This document shows, in pieces, positions 16,760 through 26,619 of a stretch of 64,000 nucleotides of DNA. The translations under genes were made by a program, and so were the position numbers. The stretch comes from Armatimonadia bacterium (lineage in GTDB: Bacteria > Armatimonadota > Zipacnadia > Zipacnadales > UBA11051). Location of the stretch: positions 1 through 64,000 of the forward strand of contig JBDKRC010000196.1 in NCBI GenBank assembly GCA_039683575.1, read 5' to 3'. Each line of letters opens with the position of its first letter. Position 1 is the stretch's first letter. The notes beneath the pieces are model-generated. The model was not told the origin of the DNA and did not search any database. It saw nothing but the letters and a program-made list of their open reading frames with translations.

Positions 16760-18100
16760 TTAGCCTATGAGCGTTCCCTCAAGATCATGGACTTCGGCGC
16801 GGGTGATCTTGACGAGAACAAAGCTCCCCGGCGTCAGAGATTGCGGCCCCAGCCCCACTATCTTGACCTCGCCATCAACCTCAGGGGCATCACGGTACGA
16901 GCGACCTTTCCAGACGGGGGCAACATATTCCTCCACCAACACCTGCAGTATCTGCCCCTCCAGCTTCCGGTTCACGTCCAGCGAAATCATCTCCTGAAGC
17001 TCCATCAGCCGCGCGAGGCGGTCGTCGCGGACCTCTTCAGGGATTTGATTGACCATTGTGGCCGCCGGAGTGCCCTCCTCGGGCCAGAAACGGAAGGCCG
17101 AAACACGATCCAGGCGAGCTTCCTGGATGAATTCGAGCATGGCCTCGAAATCTCCCTCAGTCTCCTGGGGGAAACCAGTCATGAAGGTGGTGCGGATGGC
17201 GGCGTCGGGCAAGATGGAGCGGATCATGTTGATCAGGGCCAGGCACTGCTGCTTGTCCCCGCGCCGGCCCATGCGGTACAGGATGTTCTTGGACACATGC
17301 TGCAGCGGCAGATCGACGTAGTGAACCACCTGCGGCAGGGCAGCGATAGCCTCAAGCAACTTGTCGCTAACGTGCTCAGGGTGCATGTAGAGCAGCCTGA
17401 TCCAGCCAGCATAGGGGACTTCGCCCATGGTTTGCAGCAGTTTGGCGAGGTTGGGGCGGTCCGGCAGGTCCCAGCCGTAGACGGTGGTATCCTGCGCGAT
17501 CAGGCACACTTCCCTGACGTCTTCGGAGACCATCTTCTGGAATTCCGCAACGACATCGTCAACCGGGCGGCTGCGATACGGGCCGCGGATGTCTGGGATG
17601 GCGCAGAAGGAGCAAAAGTTCGAGCAGCCATCGGCGATGCGGAGGTATGTGGTCCACTGGGGAGCGGAGCGCCAGCGGGGCGTTTGGGCGGTGGGCGAGT
17701 AGGTAAAGTCCTCGCCGATGAGCACTTTCTCGCCTGCCAGGGTCCGGCGCACTACCTCGGGAAGACGGCTGACGGAGCCCACGCCGACGAACGCATCAAC
17801 CTCGGGCAGGAGTTCGGCCAGCTTCCCGCCTCTCCGGGAGGGCAGGCAGCCAGTGCAGATCAAGACCCGTGAGCGCTTGCCCTTCTTGAGATCGGACATA
17901 TCCAGCAGCGCTTCGATGGCTTCTTCCTCGGCTGGCTGGATGAAGGCACAGGTATTGACGATGATCACGTCCGCCTGCTCGGGCTCCTCCACGATCTCAT
18001 AGCCCTCTGCCGCGAGCAGTCCCAGCATGTTCTCGGCGTCCACCAGGTTCTTGGAGCAGCCGAGAGAGACAAGCGCAATACTGGCCCCTTGTGATGACAT
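16760..18100 (-). CDS. rimO: Ribosomal protein S12 methylthiotransferase
   Basis: SLGCSKNLVDAE, NTCAFI, IADGCSNFCSFCAIP, GRSYRDAPEVDG, TRAM domain. Confidence 0.95.
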   Translation of the reverse strand: MSSQGASIALVSLGCSKNLVDAENMLGLLAAEGYEIVEEPEQADVIIVNTCAFIQPAEEEAIEALLDMSDLKKGKRSRVLICTGCLPSRRGGKLAELLPEVDAFVGVGSVSRLPEVVRRTLAGEKVLIGEDFTYSPTAQTPRWRSAPQWTTYLRIADGCSNFCSFCAIPDIRGPYRSRPVDDVVAEFQKMVSEDVREVCLIAQDTTVYGWDLPDRPNLAKLLQTMGEVPYAGWIRLLYMHPEHVSDKLLEAIAALPQVVHYVDLPLQHVSKNILYRMGRRGDKQQCLALINMIRSILPDAAIRTTFMTGFPQETEGDFEAMLEFIQEARLDRVSAFRFWPEEGTPAATMVNQIPEEVRDDRLARLMELQEMISLDVNRKLEGQILQVLVEEYVAPVWKGRSYRDAPEVDGEVKIVGLGPQSLTPGSFVLVKITRAEVHDLEGTLIG

Positions 18101-18131
18101 AGCAGGTGACCCTCCCAGGCACGTCGCCGAT

Positions 18132-19031
18132 CTACGACAACTTCCGGAAAATTAGACAATAGTGATGGTGGTAGTTCGGCACAAAGACCGTCGGGTAGCC
18201 CCAAATGCCGAGTGGCTTGCTGTTTTGGCACCAGATACGCTCGCCCTGGAAGCTAAGCGTCTGAGAGATGCGGCGTTGCAGGTCCCAGGCCAAGGGCCGC
18301 ACTTCGCCGTTAACATCCCGCAGGTTCTGGACTACAACCACAAGGTACCGCTTCGGCTTCAGCAGCAGCGCCGCCTGGTCGAAGATCTGCCCCATGGCCT
18401 CGATGTAGCTTTCGTACTCGTCTATGTTGCCAAGATCACGGTGATCGTCGCTGTAGTGCGTGTCGAGCCCGGCCTTGGCGCGTTTCTTCTGGACAGATTC
18501 GACGCCACCACGGCTCTTGCGCAGCATGTTGAAGTACGGCGGCGAGGTCATGATGAAATCGAACTGAGGTAGGTCGTCTGCCCCCCAAGTGTCCGTGTTC
18601 GCCAGTCGTGCCGCATCGCCCTGCACGATGGTGCAATCTGTGGCGCCCAGAGACTGCAGACGCCGGCGGGTGATCTCTACATAGCGCCCGGATAGCTCAA
18701 CGCCTACTCCCTGCCGTCCGGTTTCATGGCAGCTCACCAGCGTGGCTCCACTGCCGCAGAAGGGGTCCAGCACCCGCTCGCCCTGCTTGGTGAAAAACTG
18801 GACGAACTCACTCACCAGTTCCTCAGGGTACCGCGCCGGATGCAGCTCAGTATTCCTGTTCTTCTGATACCGACGGGAGTCGCAGATTAGCCAGGACTTG
18901 GTGAACTTTATCCAGTCGCGGCCTTCGAGATCATTGAGAGTGTTACGGCGCCGGAAGGCATCCGGCGGCTGAGGCGCCGGGACGGGCGCGACCTCGACGG
19001 CCACATGCGCGGCCTTGCCTGTCTTCCTCAT
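18132..19031 (-). CDS. Orphan amino-group DNA methyltransferase (SPPY type, probably N4-cytosine)
   Basis: HPARYP (motif X), VLDPFCGSG (I), GVELS (II), QGDA (III), TSPPY (IV), HYCLIFRK (VIII). Confidence 0.8.
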   Translation of the reverse strand: MRKTGKAAHVAVEVAPVPAPQPPDAFRRRNTLNDLEGRDWIKFTKSWLICDSRRYQKNRNTELHPARYPEELVSEFVQFFTKQGERVLDPFCGSGATLVSCHETGRQGVGVELSGRYVEITRRRLQSLGATDCTIVQGDAARLANTDTWGADDLPQFDFIMTSPPYFNMLRKSRGGVESVQKKRAKAGLDTHYSDDHRDLGNIDEYESYIEAMGQIFDQAALLLKPKRYLVVVVQNLRDVNGEVRPLAWDLQRRISQTLSFQGERIWCQNSKPLGIWGYPTVFVPNYHHHYCLIFRKLS

Positions 19032-19137
19032 GTGCTGGCTCCGGTACTGCGAAGATGCTGCGAATAGTAGTGTGTAGTTGATCTGCGGCGAACCAGGCCA
19101 TTTTCTGCGCGGCGGACACGTCCGGCCCGAACGACTG

Positions 19138-21840
19138 TTAGCCAGTCTCCTCCCCTACCTCGCCCAGTTCGTCTGTATCCTCTAGCTTGGGGGCCGGGAG
19201 GTCGTCGAAGGCCGAGCTCGGGCTTTCGGAGGCTTCGCCCTCTTCCCCCAGAGGTGGGGCACCGACGCCCCCGATGGCAGCGTCCACGAAGGCAGAGCCG
19301 ATCAGCACCTGGCGCGGCTTGGGGCCGTTGCTGGGGCCGACTACGCCGCGCTGGGCCATCATGTCGATAAGGCGGCCGGCGCGGGCGTAGCCCACTTTGA
19401 AGCGCCGCTGGATCATCGAGACCGAGGCCTCGTCCTCGCTGACCACGTACCGCACCGCGTCTGCGTACAGGTCGTCGCTCGGCTCGGCGTCGCCCGACAT
19501 GCCCTCTTCTTCCTCAGGCACCTGCGGGATGATCGAGTAGTTCGGCTCGCCCTGGCGGCGGCAGTGCTCGGCCACGGCCTCGATCTCCTGGCGTGAGACG
19601 AAGGCGCCTTGTGCGCGGCGGGGCTTGCTGGCATCAATCGGCGCGTACAGCATGTCACCGCGTCCTATGAGGCGCTCGGCGCCGATGCCGTCGAGAATCG
19701 TCCGCGAGTCCACTTGAGAGGCCACGGATAGCGCGATGCGCGAAGGGATGTTGGCCTTGATGTTGCCGGTGACAACCTTCACTGACGGGCGCTGGGTGGC
19801 GATAACGAGATGGATACCCGTGGCACGGGCGAGCTGGGCAATACGGCAGATGCTGAACTCGAACTCCGCGCGAGCCTGCATCATCAGGTCGGCCAACTCG
19901 TCGATAACGATGACTACGCGGGCCAGAGCGACTGTGCGATGATCATCCTCGGCGATTATCACGCGCCAGGGCTCGTCGGGGTCCTCGTTTTCGAGCACCA
20001 CGCCGCCCCATTCCATCATGTCCATGAGGCGCTTGGCCTTGGCTTCATCGAGCTTGAGGCGCTTTTGGAGCGTTTCAATGGAGATTTCCTTCTTCCCGGC
20101 GGCGAGTTGGGCCCCGGCGGTGAAGAAGTTGTACTCGGCGATGTTGGCCGCGCTGACCTTGGCGAACTGGTCGAGGCGCTTGGTCATCTCGTTGATAGCC
20201 TTGCGCAGCACGTCCGAGGCCTGCTGGACGGTGCTGGTGACCGGCGACATCAGGTGCGGGATGCCCTCGTAGAGGTTCATCTCGACCCGCTTGGGGTCAA
20301 TCATGATGAGTTGCACGTCCTGGGGGCGGGCGCGCATGAGCAGGCTGACGATGATCGAGTGCAGGCAGACGCTCTTGCCGGAGTTGGTGGCGCCGGCGAT
20401 GAGCAGATGCGGCATGTGCACGAGATCGGCGATCACGGGATGGCCCGCGATGTCGCGGCCGAGGGCCACGGCGAGCGATGACGGGTGGTTGCGGAACTCC
20501 TCGCACTCCATGAGGCTCCGCAGACCGACCATGCCGGCTTTCTTGTTCGGGACCTCGATGCCCACGGCGGCCTTGCCCGGGATGGGAGCCTCAACGCGCA
20601 CGTCCCACGCCGCGAGAGCCATGCGCAGGTCGTCGGTGTGCCGCGAGACCTGATTGACGCGGATCCCCCGCTCCGGCTCGACCTCATAGCGCGTCAACAC
20701 CGGCCCGCGCTCATAGTGGGTCACTTTGGCATGGATGCCGAAGCTCTCGAGCGTGTCCTCGAGCTTGATGATGTTCTCGGCGGCCAGCGCACGGTCTTCC
20801 TTGGTCTCAACCTCATCCGGATACTCGGTTAGCAGGCTGGTCGGAGGAGACTGGTAGAGCGCGTCGGGGTCCAACAGGGCGGCCTGGCGCGGCTTTTGGC
20901 GCATCGGGTTGTTGCCGCCGGTCTTGGCGATGGCAGGGCCAGAGCTCTGGGCCGGAGGGGGTGTAGCCGCGGCAGCCTCAGGAACCAACTCGCCATTGCC
21001 GCCGCTCGTACCGTTTCCGGGCAGGGGATCAAGGTCGGGTGCGGTGTTGGCCGGGGGCTCGGGAGCGGGTTCCGGTTCGGGCTCAGGCTCCGGCTCGGAC
21101 TCCGGGATACGCTCAGGGAGCCGATCATCGGCATCGTCATCAGTGTCGAGGTCTACTATGGGGCCTCGCGGCTGGCGCGGCCGACGCTCTTTGCGTTCGG
21201 CTTTGGGGGCACGGGGGCTCGAGGGACTCCGTCGATGCTGCTTGATATTGCTGATTCCGCCGTTGGCAGCGCGCAGGCCCCGGCCAGCAGTGCTGCGCAT
21301 CCAGCTCAGTACCAGTGGCATCGTACCCTGAGTGATGAGAATCAGTGCCATCGCGCCGACGCCGGAGAGGATAATGTAGCTGCCCAGGGGCCCGACGATG
21401 GTGAGAAAGACGAAGGCGAAGGAGGCGCCGACATACCCACCTCGGTCCAGGAGGTTGTCCTCGCTGAAGAGGTACTTCCAGCGTTCGGCAACGGTCTCCC
21501 CGTCAAGGTTCGGACCGCCCGGGGTCTGAAGGTGGATCATGGTGAGGACGGCGATGAAGAGCAGGGCAATGCCAATGAGGGCGCGCACGGGAGTGACAGG
21601 GGCCTTCTCCAGGCCATAGAAGGCGGCCAGCGCGAAGGCGACCGCGGGCACACCAAAAGCTCCAACACCGAGCAGAAGACTGAAACCACGGGCGAGGGCC
21701 CTGGTGAGGAAGCCGTCAAAACCGTTGGCGCTGAAAATCAGGGCGGCCAGGAGAAAGGCACCCAAGGTGAGGAAGGCGATAGCGAGGAGGTCTTTGAGAA
21801 GCCGGTCTTCACCGGCTTGTGGCTTGGTACTTCGCGGCAA
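19138..21840 (-). CDS. ftsK: DNA translocase FtsK/SpoIIIE
   Basis: N-terminal TM helices, Pro/Glu linker, PHLLIAGATNSGKS, IDELADLM, ATQRPSV, C-terminal gamma domain. Confidence 0.96.
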   Translation of the reverse strand: MPRSTKPQAGEDRLLKDLLAIAFLTLGAFLLAALIFSANGFDGFLTRALARGFSLLLGVGAFGVPAVAFALAAFYGLEKAPVTPVRALIGIALLFIAVLTMIHLQTPGGPNLDGETVAERWKYLFSEDNLLDRGGYVGASFAFVFLTIVGPLGSYIILSGVGAMALILITQGTMPLVLSWMRSTAGRGLRAANGGISNIKQHRRSPSSPRAPKAERKERRPRQPRGPIVDLDTDDDADDRLPERIPESEPEPEPEPEPAPEPPANTAPDLDPLPGNGTSGGNGELVPEAAAATPPPAQSSGPAIAKTGGNNPMRQKPRQAALLDPDALYQSPPTSLLTEYPDEVETKEDRALAAENIIKLEDTLESFGIHAKVTHYERGPVLTRYEVEPERGIRVNQVSRHTDDLRMALAAWDVRVEAPIPGKAAVGIEVPNKKAGMVGLRSLMECEEFRNHPSSLAVALGRDIAGHPVIADLVHMPHLLIAGATNSGKSVCLHSIIVSLLMRARPQDVQLIMIDPKRVEMNLYEGIPHLMSPVTSTVQQASDVLRKAINEMTKRLDQFAKVSAANIAEYNFFTAGAQLAAGKKEISIETLQKRLKLDEAKAKRLMDMMEWGGVVLENEDPDEPWRVIIAEDDHRTVALARVVIVIDELADLMMQARAEFEFSICRIAQLARATGIHLVIATQRPSVKVVTGNIKANIPSRIALSVASQVDSRTILDGIGAERLIGRGDMLYAPIDASKPRRAQGAFVSRQEIEAVAEHCRRQGEPNYSIIPQVPEEEEGMSGDAEPSDDLYADAVRYVVSEDEASVSMIQRRFKVGYARAGRLIDMMAQRGVVGPSNGPKPRQVLIGSAFVDAAIGGVGAPPLGEEGEASESPSSAFDDLPAPKLEDTDELGEVGEETG

Positions 21841-22014
21841 GAATGGCTCACCCTTTGCGCACGCAAGCGCGCGCTGGCAGCGATGAATGAAGCGGTAGTG
21901 ACGGGTGAAGCGTCAGCCAGGCCCCGAGGCGGCCCGTCCGGGCGGTATTATATCAAGAAGAGGTGGAAGAGGCAATACAGGCCCGTGATAGGGGCAATTG
22001 TGGCCGCTTGTGTG

Positions 22015-22044
22015 TTGACAACAACGTTGGAATATCAGTATACT
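22015..22044 (+). promoter_or_regulatory. Putative promoter of the ffh operon
   Basis: TTGACA-N18-TATACT. Confidence 0.6.
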
Positions 22045-22170
22045 ATTCGACGCTGGTCTTTCACCGGAGCCACCGCTGAAGAGGCCGGATCGCCGTGCGA
22101 TTGATCCGGCTTCCTTTACTTGTGCGCGCCGGCATATTGTCGCTGATGGTAGTAGAAGCAGAAATACAGC

Positions 22171-23502
22171 ATGTTTGAGTCGCTCACCGACAAACTGCAA
22201 ACCGCTTTCCGCCACCTTTCCAGTCGCGGGAAGATTACGCCGAAGGACGTTCGCGCGGGCCTGAAAGAAGTGCAGATGGCCCTGCTTGAGGCGGACGTCA
22301 ACTATCAGGTCGTCAAGCAGTTCGTGCGTGAGGTGACGGACGAGGCGCTCGGAGAGAAGATCCTCTCTGGTCTCAACCCCACCCAGCAGATCGTCGGTAT
22401 CGTCCACGACAAGCTCGTAAAGCTCCTGGGCGACGCCGCGGCGCCGATCAAGCTGTCCCCCAAGCCCCCAACGGTCATCATCATGGCCGGCTTGCAGGGT
22501 TCTGGTAAGACGACCACAGCGGGTAAGCTGGCACGACACTTCACCAAACAGGGCCACAAGGTCCTGATGGTGGCGGGTGACGTCTACCGGCCGGCTGCTA
22601 TCGAGCAGCTGAAGCAGGTGGGCGCCAATGCCGGGGTTGAGGTCTTCACCATGGGTGAGGCCAATCCCGTGGACATCGCCCGCGCCGGTGTGGCCCATGC
22701 TGCCTCCATCGGCTTTGACGTAGTGATCATTGATACGGCGGGCCGCCTGCAAATCGACGAGCAGATGATGCAGGAAGTCCAGAACATCGAGCAGTCGTTC
22801 CTGGCGACGGAGACGCTGCTCGTGATTGACGCCATGACCGGCCAGGAAGCCGTGAATATTGCGGCGGAGTTCGGCCGGCGGCTGAAGCTGGACGGTTTGA
22901 TCCTCACCAAGCTCGACGGCGATGCTCGTGGCGGCGCGGCGCTCTCAGCCCGCTCTGTCACCGGCGTGCCGATCAAGTTTGTGGGTATGGGCGAGAAGCT
23001 CGAGGGTCTCGAGGTCTTCCACCCGGACCGCATGGCCCAGCGCATTCTCGGCATGGGCGACGTGCTGACGCTGATTGAGAAGGCGCAGCAGGCCGTTGAC
23101 GCCGAGGAAGCCGTCAAGCTGCAAAAGAAGATGCTGTCGGCGAAGTTCGATCTCGAGGACTTCCGGCAACAGCTTGCCAATGTGCGCAAGATGGGCCCGC
23201 TGGACCAGATCATGAAGCTGCTACCCGGCGCCGCCAAGATGGGCGGGATGATGCCGGACGAGTTCGATGAGCGCGAGATGGACGTGGTGGATGCGATCAT
23301 CAACTCGATGACCAAGCAGGAACGGCGCGACCCGGAACTGTTGAACGCCAGCCGCAAGCGGCGGATAGCCGCCGGCAGCGGCACTACGGTGCAGGATATC
23401 AACGTGCTGCTGAAGCAGTTCCGCGAGCTCGCCAAGATGATGAAGGCCATGTCTTCGGGCAAGTCCGTCAACTTCGGCGGGATGAGACTGGGCAAGATGT
23501 AG
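22171..23502 (+). CDS. ffh: Signal recognition particle protein
   Basis: GLQGSGKTT, DTAGR, TKLDGDARGG, Met-rich M domain. Confidence 0.97.
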   Translation: MFESLTDKLQTAFRHLSSRGKITPKDVRAGLKEVQMALLEADVNYQVVKQFVREVTDEALGEKILSGLNPTQQIVGIVHDKLVKLLGDAAAPIKLSPKPPTVIIMAGLQGSGKTTTAGKLARHFTKQGHKVLMVAGDVYRPAAIEQLKQVGANAGVEVFTMGEANPVDIARAGVAHAASIGFDVVIIDTAGRLQIDEQMMQEVQNIEQSFLATETLLVIDAMTGQEAVNIAAEFGRRLKLDGLILTKLDGDARGGAALSARSVTGVPIKFVGMGEKLEGLEVFHPDRMAQRILGMGDVLTLIEKAQQAVDAEEAVKLQKKMLSAKFDLEDFRQQLANVRKMGPLDQIMKLLPGAAKMGGMMPDEFDEREMDVVDAIINSMTKQERRDPELLNASRKRRIAAGSGTTVQDINVLLKQFRELAKMMKAMSSGKSVNFGGMRLGKM

Positions 23503-23626
23503 GCGAAAGCCGCATTAGAACGAGTACCACGCAGCCAGCCGCTGCTTACAACATTTGGAATGGACACACGTCACGGAGCCGCTTGAGGCATGGGCCGCGG
23601 GCTCCGCAGGCGAAGGGAGAACTGCC

Positions 23627-23920
23627 TTGTCAACGAGAATCAGGCTTAAGAGAACCGGCTCAAAGAAGCAGCCGTACTACCGGTTGGTAGTTGCGGATTC
23701 GCGGACGCCACGTGATGGCAGGACCATCGAGGAACTGGGCGTCTATGGCCCGGTTCTGGATCCGCCGCTGATGCAGATCAACACCGAGCGGGCGCTGCAC
23801 TGGCTGATGGAAGGCGCCCAGCCGTCCGATACGGCCCGGTCGCTGCTATCGAAGTCCGGCGTCATGACTTCGTTTGCTGAGGCCCAGAAGGCGCGCAAGC
23901 AGGCTGTGGCGACCGAGTAG
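23627..23920 (+). CDS. rpsP: 30S ribosomal protein S16
   Basis: TTG start after AAGGGAG; RIRLKRTGSKKQPYYRLVVADSRTPRDG, GAQPSDT. Confidence 0.95.
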   Translation: MSTRIRLKRTGSKKQPYYRLVVADSRTPRDGRTIEELGVYGPVLDPPLMQINTERALHWLMEGAQPSDTARSLLSKSGVMTSFAEAQKARKQAVATE

Positions 23921-24017
23921 CGGGACGTCTGTTCTCAGGCATACAACCGCCGGCGCAAGCCAAAACGCCCTGTCACTGCCACGTGCGGGGCGATTCTGAA
24001 CTCTAGGGGCCAGGCAA

Positions 24018-24248
24018 ATGGTCGAACTAGTTGAGTACATGGTCAAGGCCCTCGTGGACGAGCCCGAGGCCGTGAGCGTGTCCGCCGTCGAGGGTGACGC
24101 AGTGACCATCTATGAGGTCAGTGTGGCTCCCGGCGACATGGGCAAGGTCATCGGCCGGCACGGGCGGATCGCCAACGCGTTGCGCAATGTCGTCAAAGCG
24201 GCTGCGATGAAGTCCGATCAGCGGGCTACCGTGGAGATTGTCAGCTAA
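24018..24248 (+). CDS. khpA: KH-domain RNA-binding protein KhpA (YlqC)
   Basis: DMGKVIGRHGRIANALR; position after rpsP. Confidence 0.92.
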   Translation: MVELVEYMVKALVDEPEAVSVSAVEGDAVTIYEVSVAPGDMGKVIGRHGRIANALRNVVKAAAMKSDQRATVEIVS

Positions 24249-24358
24249 GAAGTGTGAGCAGCCGTTGAGGCCGATCGCGGCACGCGCCGTAGTGGTTCGC
24301 GCCGCCCGGGTAGTCCGGCTTGCAGCCTTCGACTTGGAAACCATTGGAGGCGGGACGA

Positions 24359-24838
24359 ATGGGCGTACTTGTTAAGCGAACCGTCGTGCTGCGTGCGATC
24401 GTTACCGACCAGCTCAAGGAGCAGGTCGCAGCGGAGCTTCAGGCTGCCGCCGACGAAGTCGAGCAGCGCGTTCAGCAGTTGGACTTCTCTACCAAGGCCT
24501 ACATCACCGATCTGCAGCGGGCCGACCTTCAGCGCGCGATGCAGGTGCGCAAGCAGGTCGAGGCTGAGAAGCAAAAGCAGACCGAGCTTCGCGACGCCCT
24601 GATGGAGCGCAAGGCTGAGGTCGCCGAGCTTGAGAACGGCAAGGAAGTTGTCCGCGGCACGCTCGAGAGCTTCGTTGAGATCAACGAGGGCGACGATCTG
24701 GCAGTGCTGATGGGCGGCACCGAGATCGTCAGCAAGGATGATATCGTGGTGGAGATCAGGCAGCGGCGTCCCGAGGAGATCCTCGATCAGACCCCGTTGC
24801 TGGCGATTCCGAGCAATGAGCAATCCAACGGCCAGTGA
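24359..24838 (+). CDS. ylqD: YlqD family protein
   Basis: KRTVVLRAIVT, coiled coil, GTLESFVEINEGD, EIVSKDDIVVEIR; conserved synteny. Confidence 0.85.
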   Translation: MGVLVKRTVVLRAIVTDQLKEQVAAELQAAADEVEQRVQQLDFSTKAYITDLQRADLQRAMQVRKQVEAEKQKQTELRDALMERKAEVAELENGKEVVRGTLESFVEINEGDDLAVLMGGTEIVSKDDIVVEIRQRRPEEILDQTPLLAIPSNEQSNGQ

Positions 24839-25355
24839 GTATGACGTTCAGGTAGGCAAGGTGCTGGGGGCCCACGGCCTCCGAGGCCTTTTGCGAGTGC
24901 TCCCGCTGACCGACGTGCCGGGCCGGCACCAGACTCTCGAAGAAGTGATGGTGCGGACGGCCCGTACGGCGCAGCTTTACAAAGTAGTGACGGCCACTCC
25001 CGCGCCGAAGGGCCTATGGCTCGTGCGGCTCGAAGGGGTAAACGACAGGACGCAGGCCGAGACTCTCAAGGGCGCAGAGCTGTTCGTTCGCGAGACCGAC
25101 CTGCCGGAGTTGCCTGAGGGCCAGTACTATATCCACCAGATCCTGGGCCTTAGGGTCATTACGACCCAGGGACGCGAACTGGGGCCGATCACCGAAGTAC
25201 TGCCTACGGGTGCCAATGATGTCTATGTGACCCCCGCGGGTCTCCTTCCCGCCACCAATGAAGTGATCAAGCAAATTGACCTTGAGGCGGGGACGATGAT
25301 AGTGGACCCACTGCCCGGGATGATCGAGGAGCCAGCCGACGAAGATGCGGATTGA
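24816..25355 (+). CDS. rimM: Ribosome maturation factor RimM
   Basis: VGKVLGAHGLRG, YYIHQILGL, TGANDVY. Confidence 0.93.
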   Translation: MSNPTASEYDVQVGKVLGAHGLRGLLRVLPLTDVPGRHQTLEEVMVRTARTAQLYKVVTATPAPKGLWLVRLEGVNDRTQAETLKGAELFVRETDLPELPEGQYYIHQILGLRVITTQGRELGPITEVLPTGANDVYVTPAGLLPATNEVIKQIDLEAGTMIVDPLPGMIEEPADEDAD

Positions 25356-26082
25356 CATCGTCACCATCTTCCCGGACTTCGTGAACCAGGCTCTGAGCTT
25401 TAGCATCATCGGGCGCGCGATTGGCAGGGGGGCAGTTCGGGCGCAGGCTCACGACCTGCGGCAGTGGACACACGACGCGCACCGTACCGTGGATGACACG
25501 CCCTATGGCGGCGGCCCGGGCATGGTTATGAAGCCCGAGCCGTTTTTCGAGGCTCTCGACGACTTGCGCGCGGCTGATACCAATGACGCCCATGTTATTC
25601 TGCTCACCCCGCAGGGCCGCACCTTCAACCAGCGGATGGCAGAGAGGCTCTCGCAGCGCTCGCACCTGATCTTCCTGTGCGGTCATTACGAGGGCGTGGA
25701 CGAGCGAGTAGCAGCGCTGGCGGATGAACAGATTTCGCTGGGGGATTTTGTACTGACAGGCGCCGAACTACCGGCACTGGTGATCACGGACGCGGTTGTG
25801 AGACTGCTTCCGGGGGTGCTCGGGAACGAGGCGTCACCGCTGGAGGAGAGCTTCAGCGGTCTTTTGGAATATCCACAATACACCCGGCCGCCGGAATATC
25901 GGGGCCTGGAAGTGCCCGACGTGCTGCTGGGGGGGCATCACGAGCAGGTGCGGGTGTGGCGGAGAAGAGAAGCGCTGCGGCGCACGCGCGACCGTCGTCC
26001 GGATTTGCTGGCGACGGCGGAACTGAAAGACGAAGACTGGCGGCTCCTGGGCCAACTGGACGGGCCAGCCCCAGAAGATTGA
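25345..26082 (+). CDS. trmD: tRNA (guanine-N1)-methyltransferase
   Basis: [42 protein letters not shown]. Confidence 0.97.
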   Translation: MRIDIVTIFPDFVNQALSFSIIGRAIGRGAVRAQAHDLRQWTHDAHRTVDDTPYGGGPGMVMKPEPFFEALDDLRAADTNDAHVILLTPQGRTFNQRMAERLSQRSHLIFLCGHYEGVDERVAALADEQISLGDFVLTGAELPALVITDAVVRLLPGVLGNEASPLEESFSGLLEYPQYTRPPEYRGLEVPDVLLGGHHEQVRVWRRREALRRTRDRRPDLLATAELKDEDWRLLGQLDGPAPED

Positions 26083-26092
26083 GGTGACGACG

Positions 26093-26557
26093 ATGGTTAA
26101 GACACAACTCGACCAGGTCACGCGGCAGTATCTGAAGGCAGACTTGCCCGAGTTCATCCCTGGCGACACCGTGCGGGTCAACGTAAAGGTGACCGAGCGC
26201 GTGCGGAACCAGGAGCGGACGCGCCTGCAGGCGTTCGAGGGCCTGGTCATCGCCCGGCGCGGCAACGGCATCAATGAGGAGTTCACAGTCCGCCGCGTTT
26301 CCCACGGCGTCGGCTGCGAGCGCACCTTCCCGATCCACTCGCCGGTTGTGGACAGCATCGAGGTCACCCGCCGTGGTGACGTCCGCCGCGCGAAGCTGTA
26401 CTACCTGCGTGAGCGCGTCGGTAAGGCCGCTCGTGTGCGCGAGAAGGCCCGGCGCCCCCGGACCGAGGAGGAGCTGGCCGCGGCGAAGGCCGCCAAGGCC
26501 GCAAACCTGGCTCCGATGGCTACCGCAGCTCCGGCTGCTGAGGCTGACAGCGAATAA
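26093..26557 (+). CDS. rplS: 50S ribosomal protein L19
   Basis: [32 protein letters not shown]. Confidence 0.96.
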   Translation: MVKTQLDQVTRQYLKADLPEFIPGDTVRVNVKVTERVRNQERTRLQAFEGLVIARRGNGINEEFTVRRVSHGVGCERTFPIHSPVVDSIEVTRRGDVRRAKLYYLRERVGKAARVREKARRPRTEEELAAAKAAKAANLAPMATAAPAAEADSE

Positions 26558-26619
26558 CGTGAGCAGCGCGGACAGGGCGCGGGCTACCAGTTGCGGCGTA
26601 AGAGATCGAGGGACTAAGC

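Noticed and set aside
16463-17872. Long antisense ORFs (also 20896-22104, 22584-23567, 28987-30018, 38109-39182, 59532-60404)
   Set aside because: They lie opposite well-supported genes, as expected from GC-rich codon bias, and show no recognisable motifs.
22073-22114. CTGAAGAG plus hairpin (hammerhead-like core), and the 13-mer CCGCTGAAGAGGC shared with the rpsA leader (57640-57652)
   Set aside because: No GAAA follows the stem in either place, and one 13-mer match is plausible by chance in GC-rich DNA.
21841-22170. SRP RNA (ffs) near ffh
   Set aside because: The conserved CAGG..GRAA..AGCA domain IV motif was not found.
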